A stretch of 64,000 bases of DNA from an uncultured delta proteobacterium (GCA_963771175.1 CAVYSY010000051.1:140808-204807); one strand, 5' to 3'; positions 33,990 to 45,195 are shown, counted from the first letter of the stretch. Program-made: numbers and translations. The notes: generated from the sequence alone by a model not told the origin.

Positions 33990-36320
33990 ATGGATTCCAA
34001 GTTGCGTCAGGTGGTGGAGCTGTTGGTGGGGGAGGGGCAGGTGGCGTGGACCACCGCGAAGCCTCTCCCGGGGGACGAGCCCGGCGCGCGCGAGCTGTTC
34101 ATCAGCGTGGGCTCGCGAGCCGAGGCCCTGCCGCCTCACCCGCGCATGCTGGCGTGGAAGCTGCCCCAGTGGACGCGGTGCTCGGTGCGCTCCACCACGG
34201 GCGCCGTCCTCCTGTCCGCCGCCGAGCTCGATGCCCTCGCCCAGGAGCTGAAGCAGGGGCAGCCCGAGGGCTCGATCGGGCCCCTCACGCTGCGCCTCCA
34301 CGAGCCGACCCTCGACGTCCTCTGCGCCACCCTGCTGGCCGTGTACCGGCTCCTCCACCACTCCTGGCCCGAGAGCGCCGAGGCGCTCGCCGAGTACGTG
34401 GGCGAGTGGGAGCAGGGCCACACCGAGTCGGCGGGCGAGTACGAGCGCGCCCTGGGCACGGTGTTCTACGCGGCCCTCGACCTCTGGCCCACCTCGGAAG
34501 AAGGTCGCCCCGCCCGCGAGCTGGTGGAGCTGATGGCCACCGTGCTGCGGACGGTCCGCCACCCCTCGGACCTGGCGAAGCTGCCCGAGGCGCTCGTCCC
34601 CGTGGCCATCTCCCGGCGCCTCAAGGCGGATGAGTTGCTGTACCGAGCCGAGCTGTCCCGCGCCCAGCGCGTGCAGATCGATCTGCCGCTCGGCGAGGAG
34701 GAGGGGGCGCCCGTGCGGCGGGTGGATGCGCTCTTCCTGTCCTCCTTCCAGGACGTCACCGTGCTCCGGATCCTCGCGCGCGGCGACACGGTGAATACCT
34801 ACTACGGCCAGGGCTTCGACCTCATGGCCATCCACACCGCGCGGCCGGGCCAGACCCGGGCCGGGCACTCCTTCTCGCTCACCCCCGAGCGCGCGGGGAC
34901 GCTCGCGAACCTCGCGGGCTGGTTGGACGAGCTCGAGGGGGAGCGGCTGCCGGATGGGACGCCGCGCGCGAAGGGGAGGCGGCGCTTCGAGCGACAGCCC
35001 AACGACTACTCGGACCCGTGGTACTCGGACGGCTACGCCAGCCCCGTGGGCCGCACGACGATGGTGGCGGCGCCGTACTCGGGCACCCGGCTGTCCCGCC
35101 GCGAGCTGTGGGAGGCGCTCTGGAACCGCTTCAACGTCGGGCGCAACGTCCACGTCCTCCGGGCCCACACCGTCTTCGCCCGGCCCTTCCTGTGGCGGGG
35201 GCTCGCGCCGGACGCGGAGCTCCTGTCCCGGGGCTTCCGTCGCTGCGACCTCTCCGCTCAAGGCGGGGCCTTCCACCCCGCGGTGGTCAACTCCTTCCTG
35301 GGGGCTACGCAGGAAGCGGACGTGCTGCACTACGAGAAGCCCACGGACGGCCACAACGTTCGCGTCTCCGTCTACCCGAACCGGCTCGTCGTCGTGTGGG
35401 TCGAGCGTCCCCGGAAGGAGGAGACCTCGCTGTACGAGCTCGCCCAGGAGCAGGCGGCGCTCGCGGAGAGCCGGGAGTTGTGGGACCTGGAGCCCCTGCG
35501 GGGACTGACGCCCTGGCTCGCGCCGCTGGGCCCGGAGCGGTGGCTCGTCTACGGCGCCTACCGCATCTCGCGGGGCCGCTCGTCGATGCTCGATGACTCG
35601 CGCTCCATGCAGGGGCTCTTCCACGCGCTCGCCTCGGGGACGGAGCCCACCCTGGAGAAGCTTCCGTCGGAGGCCGCGGCGGAGAGCCGGCGGGTGCTCC
35701 GCGACGCGGCCGGGGAGACGGAGCACTGGCTGACGTCCACCGGAGGCGCCCGGGTCGAGTTCCTCATCGAGGAGGAGGAGCGCGGGCCGCTCGCGAGTGA
35801 TCGGGACTTCCTCCTCTTCCTGCTCACCATCGGCCAGCGCTACTCGGCCTTCGAGACGAGCCGGCGCATGGCCGAGGTGGAGCAGCGCTACCGCACCTCG
35901 CGCTGGCAGAGCCTCCGGCCCGCGCGCAGCGTCCGCGCGGACGTGATGCTGTTCACCAACTCCCTGTGGCACACGCGCGTGAGCGAGGATCCGGACGTCA
36001 ACGCGCGCTACCTCGCCTGGCACTCGCTGCACGGGTTGCAGGAGACGGTGACGGCCATGAAGGATCAGGCCTCGGAGCTGGACCAGTACAAGAGAGATCA
36101 GTTCGACCGGATGGTGGGCTTCCTGGTGTTCGTCTTCCTGCCGGTGAGCCTCGCGTGCGGGTTCTTCTCCGGCGCGCAGTTCCAGGACATGAGCCCCGCA
36201 GTGGGCATCCCGGGCGCCACCACCGGATGGATCATCTTCCTCGGCTACACCGCGGCCTTCACGGTGCTCGTCTTTGGCACCGTGTTCTTTGCCCGGGTGA
36301 TGAGCTGGCGCCGACGTTGA
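33990..36320 (+). CDS. Large hypothetical protein with two C-terminal TM helices (CorA-like tail)
   Basis: 776 aa; ends in a long helix followed by FLVFVFLPVSLACGFF..QF and WIIFLGYTAAFTVLVFG. Confidence 0.75.
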   Translation: MDSKLRQVVELLVGEGQVAWTTAKPLPGDEPGARELFISVGSRAEALPPHPRMLAWKLPQWTRCSVRSTTGAVLLSAAELDALAQELKQGQPEGSIGPLTLRLHEPTLDVLCATLLAVYRLLHHSWPESAEALAEYVGEWEQGHTESAGEYERALGTVFYAALDLWPTSEEGRPARELVELMATVLRTVRHPSDLAKLPEALVPVAISRRLKADELLYRAELSRAQRVQIDLPLGEEEGAPVRRVDALFLSSFQDVTVLRILARGDTVNTYYGQGFDLMAIHTARPGQTRAGHSFSLTPERAGTLANLAGWLDELEGERLPDGTPRAKGRRRFERQPNDYSDPWYSDGYASPVGRTTMVAAPYSGTRLSRRELWEALWNRFNVGRNVHVLRAHTVFARPFLWRGLAPDAELLSRGFRRCDLSAQGGAFHPAVVNSFLGATQEADVLHYEKPTDGHNVRVSVYPNRLVVVWVERPRKEETSLYELAQEQAALAESRELWDLEPLRGLTPWLAPLGPERWLVYGAYRISRGRSSMLDDSRSMQGLFHALASGTEPTLEKLPSEAAAESRRVLRDAAGETEHWLTSTGGARVEFLIEEEERGPLASDRDFLLFLLTIGQRYSAFETSRRMAEVEQRYRTSRWQSLRPARSVRADVMLFTNSLWHTRVSEDPDVNARYLAWHSLHGLQETVTAMKDQASELDQYKRDQFDRMVGFLVFVFLPVSLACGFFSGAQFQDMSPAVGIPGATTGWIIFLGYTAAFTVLVFGTVFFARVMSWRRR

Positions 36321-36398
36321 GGTCGAAAGCCTTGGGTGGCTGGGACACCGGCCTGTAGATTCCGGCCGCTTTCCGCCTTCCTGGAGAGAAAGGACGAA

Positions 36399-37253
36399 AT
36401 GAGGATGATGAAGAAGGTTCTCGGGTGTGTGGTGTCTGCTCTCGTGGTTCTCGCCGCGCTGCCGGCGTCGGCGCAGCTCGAGCTGCCCGCCGCGAGCCCG
36501 TCAGCGAAGGTGATGCAGGACGTCGGGCTGACCGAGGTGACGGTCGACTACTCCAGCCCCACGGTGAAGGGGCGCAAGATCTGGGGAGACCTGGTCCCCT
36601 TCGAGAAGCCGTGGCGGACCGGTGCCAACGCCTCCACGAAGATCACCTTCAGCCGCGATGTGACCTTCGGCGGGCAGCCGGTTCCGGCGGGCACCTACGC
36701 GATCGTCTCCTTTCCCTCGGAGAAGGGCTGGACGGTCGCGCTGAACAAGGAGCTCGGCCTGTTCGGCGGCGGCAAGACCTACGATGCCAAGGATGACGTC
36801 GTTCGCGTCTCCGCGACCACCGCGGAGATTCCCCTCCGCGAGCGGCTGACGTTCCTCTTCTCCAACACCACCGACGACCAGACGTCGCTCGACCTGGAGT
36901 GGGAGAAGCTGCGCGTCTCGGTGCCCATCAAGGTCGACACGGCGGCGCATGCGCAGGCCAACATCCAGTCCGCGGTGAACGGCTCCTGGCGCTCCCTGGC
37001 CAACGCGGCGCGCTACGTGGCCGAGACGTCGAAGGACTACACCACGGCGCTGAAGTACGCGGACAACTCCCTGGCCATCCAGTCGCACTGGTACAACAAC
37101 TGGATCAAGGCCGAGATCCTGGCGCGCGCGGGCAAGTACGCCGAGGCCCGCAAGTTCGCGCAGGCGTCCTGGGACCTGGGCCAGAAGGACCCGGACTTCT
37201 TCTACAAGGACGCGGTCGCCAAGGCGCTCGTGGACTGGAAGGGCAAGAAGTAG
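36399..37253 (+). CDS. DUF2911-domain secreted protein with TPR-like tail
   Basis: Signal peptide; SPSAKVMQDVGLTEVTVDYSSP.VKGRKIWGDLVP..WRTGAN. Confidence 0.88.
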   Translation: MRMMKKVLGCVVSALVVLAALPASAQLELPAASPSAKVMQDVGLTEVTVDYSSPTVKGRKIWGDLVPFEKPWRTGANASTKITFSRDVTFGGQPVPAGTYAIVSFPSEKGWTVALNKELGLFGGGKTYDAKDDVVRVSATTAEIPLRERLTFLFSNTTDDQTSLDLEWEKLRVSVPIKVDTAAHAQANIQSAVNGSWRSLANAARYVAETSKDYTTALKYADNSLAIQSHWYNNWIKAEILARAGKYAEARKFAQASWDLGQKDPDFFYKDAVAKALVDWKGKK

Positions 37254-37282
37254 TCGCGCCCGCCGTGTGAGCCTCCCGCCCT

Positions 37283-38448
37283 TCAGCGGTGGGAGGCTCC
37301 CGCCGCGAGGCGCCGGTAGAGGGCCTCGTAGCGGTCGATGGCCGGTGCGAGCTGGAAGTGCTCGAGGACGTGCTCGCGAGCGCGGCGCGAGAAGCGGCGC
37401 CAGCGCTCCGGGTCCTCGACGAGCGCGAGGACGTGGTCGGCCATGGCGGAGATGTCGCCCACTGGCGCGAGGTAGCCCGTCTTCCCGTGGTCGACCTGCT
37501 CCGGGATGCCCCCGATGTTGCTCGCGACCACTGGAATCGCCGCAGCTCAGCGCCTCGAGCGCGGCGAGGCCGAAGCTCTCCTGCTCGCTCGGGAGGAGGA
37601 AGACATCGGCCGCGGCGAGCAGCTCGGTGAAGGTCTCCTGCTTGCCCAGGAAGGCCACGCGCTCCTCGAGGCCGAGCTCCCGGAGCCTGCGCTCGGCGGG
37701 GGAGCGCTCGGGGCCGTCACCAATCATCACCAGCCGGCAGGGCCTCCTGCGGTGGACCTCGGCGAAGACGGCCACCACGTCGCCGATGCGCTTGACCGGC
37801 CGGAAGTTCGAGACGTGGATGAGCACGGGCTCGTTCTCCGCCAGGTCGGGGAAGAGCAGGCGCAGGATGGCCCGGTCGCGGAGGGGCGCGTAGCGCTCCG
37901 TGTCGACGAAGTTGGGGATGACGTCGATGGGGCAGGTCTCCGGAGATGCCGAAGCCCTCCCAGGTGGCGCGCCGGAGGAACTCCGAGGGCGCGGTCACCG
38001 CGTCGCTGCGCAGGATGGAGAAGCGCGTGATGGGCAGGTAGTTGGGGTCGATGCCCACCAGCGTGGTGTCCGTGCCGTGGAGCGTCGTCACGATGCGCGG
38101 CGCCTTGTCCCCCAGCACCTCGCGCGCCATCCAGGCCGCCGTGGCGTGGGGCACCGCGTAGTGGACGTGCAGGATGTCCAGGCGCTCGTAGCTGGCGACC
38201 TCGATCATCTTGGAGGCGAGCGCCAGCGGGTATGTCCCCGAGTGGAAGAGCGCCGGGTAGTCGCTCTCGGTCACCTCGTGGAAGATGACCTTGCGTGTCA
38301 TGCCGTGGAGGCGCACCGGCAGATCGCGCGCGATGAAGTGGACGCGGTGGCCCCGGTCCGCCATCGCCAGGCCGATCTCGGTGGCGATCATGCCGCTGCC
38401 GCCAAAGGTGGGAAAGCAGGTGATGGCCAGGTTGAGAGGGTCGGTCAT
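37283..38448 (-). CDS. bshA: N-acetyl-alpha-D-glucosaminyl L-malate synthase BshA (frameshifts near 37955 and 37535)
   Basis: CFPTFGGSG, ILHVHYAVPHA, TTLHGTD, HVSNFRPVKR, LPSEQESFGLAALEA. Confidence 0.92.
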
Positions 38449-38481
38449 CGGCACTCGGGGAAGAACAGGGGCCGCGCGAAG

Positions 38482-40120
38482 CTATTCCGGATCATGGCTC
38501 AGGTTCTTCAGGTTCCCGGAGAAGGGCTCACAGGCGTCGAGGACGAGGCGCGTGAAGGCTCGGCTCCCGAAGCGGCTCGCGTAGTACGGCAGCCCGTAGA
38601 TGCGCTCCTGCGGCGCGCCCCCCGGGGCTAGATAGGCCCGCAGTCGGTCCAGGCGTTCGCTCGTCACCTGATCGCGCTGGGTGATGGCGCGGCGGTATCT
38701 GGCCACGAAGCGGGAGACACCTCCGCGCACGGTCTTGTCGGTGCGGGAGATGGCCCTGGCGAAGCTCGGATCGACGGTGGCCATGCGCTCGCCGAGGCGG
38801 GTGAGCTCGGCGGTGAAGGTGCCCAGGAGGCGGGCCTCGATGGCCTCGGGCGGCTCGAAGCCTTCCCCGGCCTCGCGGGCGACGAGACGGGCCAGCACTT
38901 CGTCACGCGGCGCGGTCGCGTCGTCCGGCGAGAGGCCGAGCTTGCCGAGCAGGCGGCGCGTGCGGTCATCGAGCACTCGGAACCGGGCGCGCGGCACGGT
39001 GAGGGGCATCGGGAGGCCGAGGTGCGCATACAGCGGCGCGAGCTGCGCGAAGTAGGCGAGCTCCCCCGGTCCGCCGACGTAGGCCGCCGTGGGGAGCCAG
39101 GTGTCCTGGAGGAGCGGGCGCAACAGGGCCGAGGTCGTGAAGCGCAGCGGCTCGCGGTCGAGCCAGGAGAGGAGCTCGGCCGTGGTCACGGAGGCGCCCT
39201 CCGGGTGGCCCACGAGGCTCCAGGTGCCCGGGGCGTCCGTGGGATCGAGTCGGTAGCGCGGACCCTCGATGCCGTCGGGCGAGAAGAAGCTGAGCGGCGC
39301 GCCTGGGCGGATGTGGACCTGCTCGGAGAAGCCCGCCTCGGCGAGGGCTCTGCCCCGTTCGGCGAGTCCGCTGGCGATTGCCGAGGCCTCTTCGAGGGCA
39401 CGGCGGTGGATTGGCGCGGCCAGCGGCGCGAGGCGCGGGTCGCGCGGGTCGAGGAACACGAGCCCCTCGTCCGCGAAGAGGGCCGCGAGCACCTCGGCGA
39501 AGGCGTCCGCCATCGTCGCCTCGGGACGGTAGGCGCGCTCCAGCAGCTCCAGGTGCTCGTCCGCGTGGGGCTGGGTGCCCAGCTCGGCGCGCAGCGCGGC
39601 GAGCGCACCGGTGACGCTCTCGCCCAGGCGGCGGTGGGCGACCGGAACTCGCGAGGTGGCCGCGTCGGGCAGCTCGAGGGCCACTCGCAGGGGCTCTCCG
39701 GCGGAGCGCGGGACGAAGGCAGTGATCGATCTCGGGGAGGTCGTGGTCCTCCGTCTGCAGCCAGAAGACGGGGACGCAGGGCCGCCCTGTCTCTTCGGTC
39801 AGCGCGCGAGCGGCGACGATGGCGGCGGCGGCCTTGTAGAGGGTGAAGAGTGGCCCGAGGAAGAGCCCGACCTGCTGGCCCGTCACCACGACGGTGGTTC
39901 CAGGGCGGGCGAGCAGCTCCAGGTTCCGTTCGCGGGCGGGGCTCGGCGCGAGGCGCGCGTTGCGGGCCACGAGCGCCTCATGGAGCGCGGGTGCGAGGGC
40001 GCGCGACGCCGCGGCGGCCACGGCCTCGGCGCGGGAGGTCCGGTGGCGGAAGCGGTCGGGGAGGAATTCGAGGGCCCGCGGATCGCCGCGAAGCCAGGAG
40101 GCGGAGAAGGAGGAGGCCAC
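38482..40120 (-). CDS. bshC: Bacillithiol biosynthesis cysteine-adding enzyme BshC (frameshift near 39700)
   Basis: [57 protein letters not shown]. Confidence 0.92.
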
Positions 40121-40231
40121 GGCTCAGCGTGATAACAAGTCCGGGGCACCGGAGCGACGGGGAAGGGGCGCGGCCCGGCATTAGGATTCCTCGCGTCCGA
40201 GCCGTCTCGTTCCTTGTTAGGGTCCGCGCGA

Positions 40232-42720
40232 ATGCGGAACCTGCTCATCCTCGGAACGGCACTGGTCATGAGCCTCGGAGTCTGGTCGACGGCGCTCGCG
40301 CAACCTCCCCGGCAACCCCATGCAGGAGAGCTCGCGGCGGGCATCCGGCGCCTCGGTGTGACCGGCAGCGTGCTCTACGTGGCCGCCCACCCCGACGACG
40401 AGAACACGCGCCTCCTCGCCTGGCTGGCCGGAGGGCGTGGCCTTCGCGCGGGCTACCTCTCGATGACGCGCGGCGACGGCGGGCAGAACCTCATCGGGAC
40501 CGAGCAGGACGAGCTGCTCGGGCTCATCCGCACGCAGGAGCTGCTCGCGGCGCGCCGCATCGACGGCGCCGAGCAGTTCTTCACGCGCGCGCGCGACTTC
40601 GGCTACTCGAAGAGCGCCGACGAGACGCTGCGCATCTGGGGCCACGACGAGGTGCTGGCCGACGTCGTGCTCGCCATCCGCCGCTTCCGGCCCGACGTGA
40701 TCGTCACGCGCTTCACCACGAAGCCGCCGAACCACGGCCACCACACCGCCTCGGCGCTCCTGGCCGAGGAGGCCTTCGCGGCCGCGGCCGATCCGACGCG
40801 CTTTCCCGAGCAGCTCGCAGACGCTCCAGCCGTGGAAGGCCGACCGGCTGCTGAACAACGTCTCGACCTGGAACCTGAAGCCGGACGCCGACATGTCCGC
40901 CTACCTGAAGGTGGACGTCGGCGGCTACGACCCGCTCCTCGGACGCTCCTGGGGCGAGGTCGCGGCGGAGAGCCGCAGCCAGCACAAGAGCCAGGGCTTC
41001 GGCGTGGCGGCCGAGCGCGGGCCGCTGCTGGAGTACTTCGCGCCCCTCGCCGGGACGCGCCCGAAGGCCGACCTCTTCGAGGGGCTCGACCTCACGTGGC
41101 GGCGATGGAGCGGCACGGAGAAGGTCGTCCAGGCCATCGGGGAGGCCGCGAATGGGTTCGACCCGCGCGCGACCCCACCTCAGCATCCCGGCGCTCCTGC
41201 GCGTCCACGAGGCGCTCTCGGCCCTGCCCGACGACAACCCGTGGAAGGCGCTCAAGCTGCGCGAGACCGAGGCGCTCATGGCCGCGTGCGCGGGCCTGTT
41301 CCTCGAGGCGCGCGCGGCGGAGGCGACGGCCGTACCGGGCAGCCAGGTGGCGTTGAACCTGATGGCGCTGAACCGCTCGCCCGCCGCGGTCCAGCTGGTG
41401 AGCGTGACGCTCCCGGGCGGCGAGTCCGTGGCGGCGGGCGCCGACCTGACGGAGCGGACTCCGTTCAAGCTCTCCAGGCCGGTGACGCTCCCCGAGGATG
41501 CGCGCATCTCCACGCCCTACTGGCTCCGCAAGCCCGTTGCAGGCGGCCTCTACACGCTGGACGAGCAGGATCGCGCGCTCGTCGGCCGGCCCGAGGGGGA
41601 GCCCGCCCTGGCGGTGACCTTCGTCTACGAGGTCGGCGGCAAGCGCTTCTCCGTGGTCCGGCCGGTGGTCTACGCGTGGACCGATCCGGTGCGCGGCGAG
41701 CTCTACCGCGCCTTCGAGGTGGTGCCCGCCGTCACGGCGACGCTCGAGCGGGAGGTCCTCATGTTCCCCAACGGCACGGCGCAGTCCGTCTCCGTCGTGC
41801 TGGCCGCGGGCCGCGCGGATGCCGCCGGCAAGGTCCGGCTCGAGGTGCCTCGGGGCTGGCGCGCCGAGCCCGCGGAGGTGCCGTTCCAGCTCGCCGCGCG
41901 CGGCGACGAGCGCACCGTCCGCTTCCAGGTCACCCCGCCCAAGGGCTCGGGCGAGCGGGGCCGCATGCGCGTCGTCGTCGACATCGGTGGCCGCTCCGAG
42001 TCGTGGCGCGTCCGCTCGGTGAACCACGAGCACATCCCTCCGCAGGCCGTACGCCAGCCGTCCGAGGCGACCCTGGTTCCCTTCACCCTGGCCACGAAGG
42101 TGCGGCGGCTCGGCTACATCCCCGGGCCGGGTGACCGCGTGGCCGAGAGCCTCGCCGCCGTGGGCTACGAGGTGACGCTGCTTCCCGAGGAGCGTCTGGC
42201 CTCCGAGAAGCTCGAGCGCTTCGAGGCCATCCTCGTCGGCGTGCGCGCCTTCAACGCCAACCCGCGCCTCGCGCTCCACCACCAGCGGCTCATGCAGTAC
42301 GTGGAGAGGGGAGGGCGGCTGCTCGTCCAGTACAACACCAACAGCCGCGTGGGTCCGCTCAACGCGTCCATCGGCCCCTATCCCCTGGAGATCGGCCGAG
42401 AGCGCGTGACGGACGAGACCGCGGCGATGACGCCCGTGGATCCCAAGATGCCGCTCCTGCGCGGCCCCAACCCGCTCACGGCCGCCGACTTCGAGGGCTG
42501 GGTCCAGGAGCGCGGCCTCTACTTCGCCTCGAAGTGGGACGAGCGCTACCAGCCCGTCTTCGCCATGAACGATCCCGGCGAGGAGCCGCTCCGAGGTGGG
42601 CTCCTCGTCGCCCGCCACGGCAAGGGCATCTTCGTCTACACGGGCCTCGCCTTCTTCCGTCAGCTCCCCGCGGGCGTGCCCGGCGCCTACCGCCTGCTCG
42701 CGAACCTTCTCGCCCAATGA
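40232..42720 (+). CDS. Secreted multidomain PIG-L/LmbE-family deacetylase (frameshifts near 40825 and 41170)
   Basis: Signal peptide; AAHPDDE, TRGDGGQN, DFGYSK, HGHH; Ig/NEW3-like and GATase-like C-terminal regions (WVQERGLY, FFRQLPAGVPGA). Confidence 0.88.
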
Positions 42721-42887
42721 CCGCTGAATCGAAGCCTCCTGAACCGGGTGCTGGCTCCGCGCCGCGCCCCGAGCTCGACGACGCGCCACCCCTGCTCGGG
42801 TCCTGGCGCAACATCTATCTCTTCGTGCTGGGCACCCTCGCCCTGCTCATCGCCCTGTTCTGGGCGCTCACCCGGGCCTACGCGTGA
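42717..42887 (+). CDS. Small single-TM membrane protein, translationally coupled to the symporter
   Basis: SWRNIYLFVLGTLALLIALFWALT; ATGA and GTGA overlaps with the flanking genes. Confidence 0.7.
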   Translation: MTAESKPPEPGAGSAPRPELDDAPPLLGSWRNIYLFVLGTLALLIALFWALTRAYA

Positions 42888-44584
42888 CACTGCTCGACTG
42901 GCTGGTCCTCCTCGGGACGACGACATTCATCGTCGGGTGGGGCGTTGTGGAAGACGCGCGGCGGGGGCGGCACCGCCGACGAGCTACCTGCGCGGCGGCT
43001 ACGAGCTGCGCTGGCCCACCATCGGCCTGTCGGTCATGGCCACGCAGGCGAGCGCCATCACCTTCCTCTCCGTCCCCGGCCAGGCCTACGAGGACGGGAT
43101 GCGCTTCGTGCAGTTCTACTTCGGACTGCCGCTCGCGATGGTGATCATCAGCGCCATCTTCGTCCCCATCTACTACCGGCTGAACGTCTACACCGCCTAC
43201 GAGTACCTGGAGTCGCGCTTCGACCTGAAGACGCGCCTGCTCGGCGCGTTCCTCTTCCTCATCCAGCGCGGGCTGGCCTCGGGCATCACCCTCTACGCGC
43301 CCGCCATCATCCTCTCGGCCATCCTCGGCTGGCCGCTCGAGCCGACCATCCTGGGCATGGGCGTGCTCGTCATCCTCTACACGGTGACGGGTGGCTCCAA
43401 GGCGGTCAGCCAGACCCAGAAGCAGCAGATGGTGGTGATGCTGGGCGGCATGGTCGTGGCCGCGATCGTCATCGTGTGGCGATTGCCGGAGCACGTGTCG
43501 TTCGGGCAGGCCGTGGACGTCGCGGGAGCGCTCGGCCGCATGAACGTGGTCAGCTTCGACTTCAACCTCCAGGACCGCTACAACATCTGGTCCGGCCTCA
43601 CCGGCGGCTTCTTCCTGGCGCTGTCGTACTTCGGCACCGACCAGTCCCAGGTGGGCCGCTACCTGACGGGCCGTTCCATCACCGAGAGCCGTCTCGGGCT
43701 GCTGTTCAACGGCGTCCTGAAGATTCCGATGCAGTTCCTGATCCTCTTCGTGGGGATCCTCGTCTTCGTTTTCTACCAGTTCACCGCGCCGCCCCTGCTC
43801 TTCAACCAGCCGCTGCGTGCGCGGGTCCAGGCGACCGCGCACGCGGGCGAGTTCGCGGTAATCGAGACGAAGTGGGCCCAGGTCCAGGCCGACAAGCGCG
43901 TCGAGGCCGAGCGCTACCTGGCGGCCCGTGAGGCGGGGGATGGTGCGGCCGAAGCGAGCGCGCGCGAGCGCCTCCAGACGGTCGCACGGGCAGGCCGACA
44001 CGCTCCGAAAGGAGGCCAAGGCCGTGGTCTCCCGGGCTCTGCCCGGCGTCGAGACCAAGGACTCGGACTACATCTTCATCTCGTTCGTGAAGGACTGGAT
44101 GCCGAGCGGTCTCGTCGGGCTGCTCATCACCGTCATCCTGGCGGCGGCCATGAGCTCGATCGCGAGCGAGCTCAACGCCCTGGGCGCGACGACGACGATC
44201 GACTTCTACCGGCGGATCTTCCGCCGCGAGGCCTCCGAGCGACAGATCCTCGTGGCCTCCAAGCTGTTCACCGTCTTCTGGGGGGTCGTCGCGATCGCCT
44301 TCGCGAGCTTCGCGTCGCTGCTCGACAACCTCATCCAGGCGGTCAACATCCTCGGGTCCATCTTCTACGGGACCGTGCTGGGCATCTTCCTCGTGGCCTT
44401 CTTCGTCAAGCACGTCCGAGGCAATGCCATCTTCTTCGGCGCGCTCATCTCGCAGGCGACGGTGATCGCCCTCTACCTCTTCTCCGACATCGGCTACCTC
44501 TGGTTCAACGTGATTGGCTGCGCGCTGGTCGTCGTGCTGGGACTGGCCCTCCAGACCGTGATGCCCCGGACGGCGCGCGCCTAG
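42884..44584 (+). CDS. Sodium:solute symporter (SSS family; frameshifts near 42945-42980 and 43990)
   Basis: LSVMATQASAITFLS, TAYEYLESRF, GTDQSQVGRY, LAAAMSS. Confidence 0.92.
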
Positions 44585-44831
44585 CCGTCCTTCCAGGCGC
44601 TCCAGGTGGATGGGCGGCCTGCCTGACGAGCGTTGAATTGGCGGCTTTGCTGCTCGGCCGTCGGTCGAGGGCGTGTTCTCCAACATGTGGATTCCGAGGA
44701 GGCACCTCGCCCCAGCCGCTCGGGGCGGAATGCCCCATGCCCCACGACGCGGGGCGTCATGCCCCACGGGTTTTGAACAGCAGTTCCGTCTCTCCGCCAC
44801 GTCTCCCTCTGAAGACGTCCTTCGCAATCCC

Positions 44832-44847
44832 TGGCACACGCGTTGCT
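44832..44847 (+). promoter_or_regulatory. sigma54 (-24/-12) promoter consensus
   Basis: TGGCAC-ACGCG-TTGCT, an exact GG-N10-GC spacing, pointing toward sulP-dab. Confidence 0.6.
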
Positions 44848-45072
44848 CCAAGCCATCCGCGAAGGAGCAATTAATTGATGTATCAGCAGTCACTCGCCCG
44901 TTCGCTTGCTGTTCAGAACACGTCCCTCTGCCTGGCTGCCACGCGAGGCCTGCCACCACCGAGGGCGCGCCTCTCCCTGTGGTGGAGGTGCTGTTCGCCG
45001 GCTTCGCGAGCGACGCACGGCTGAGTTGCTCGGCCTCCCCGCTTGCTTCCTCCTGGGTTCCACGTTGTTGGT

Positions 45073-45120
45073 GCTGATAGTTCAATAACTATCAGCGGAG
45101 CCCTTAATGACTATCAGCGG
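45073..45120. promoter_or_regulatory. Palindromic operator plus repeated half-site upstream of sulP
   Basis: GCTGATAGTT-CAAT-AACTATCAGC (10-bp perfect arms). ACTATCAGCGG occurs at 45088 and again 22 bp later at 45110. Confidence 0.65.
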
Positions 45121-45195
45121 GGCCGATGAGGCTCCCTGTTGCCTCCATTGCCGGGAGACGCAGTCCTCCTTGGTTCCCCACAAAGGAAAAGCCGT

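Noticed and set aside
40232..42720. Assigning the symbol bshB
   Set aside because: It has a signal peptide and is about three times the length of BshB; same superfamily, but orthology is unsupported.
44590..44830. IS remnant or CDS between the symporter and sulP
   Set aside because: No recognisable transposase motif or terminal inverted repeats; short ORFs here lack coding-like bias.
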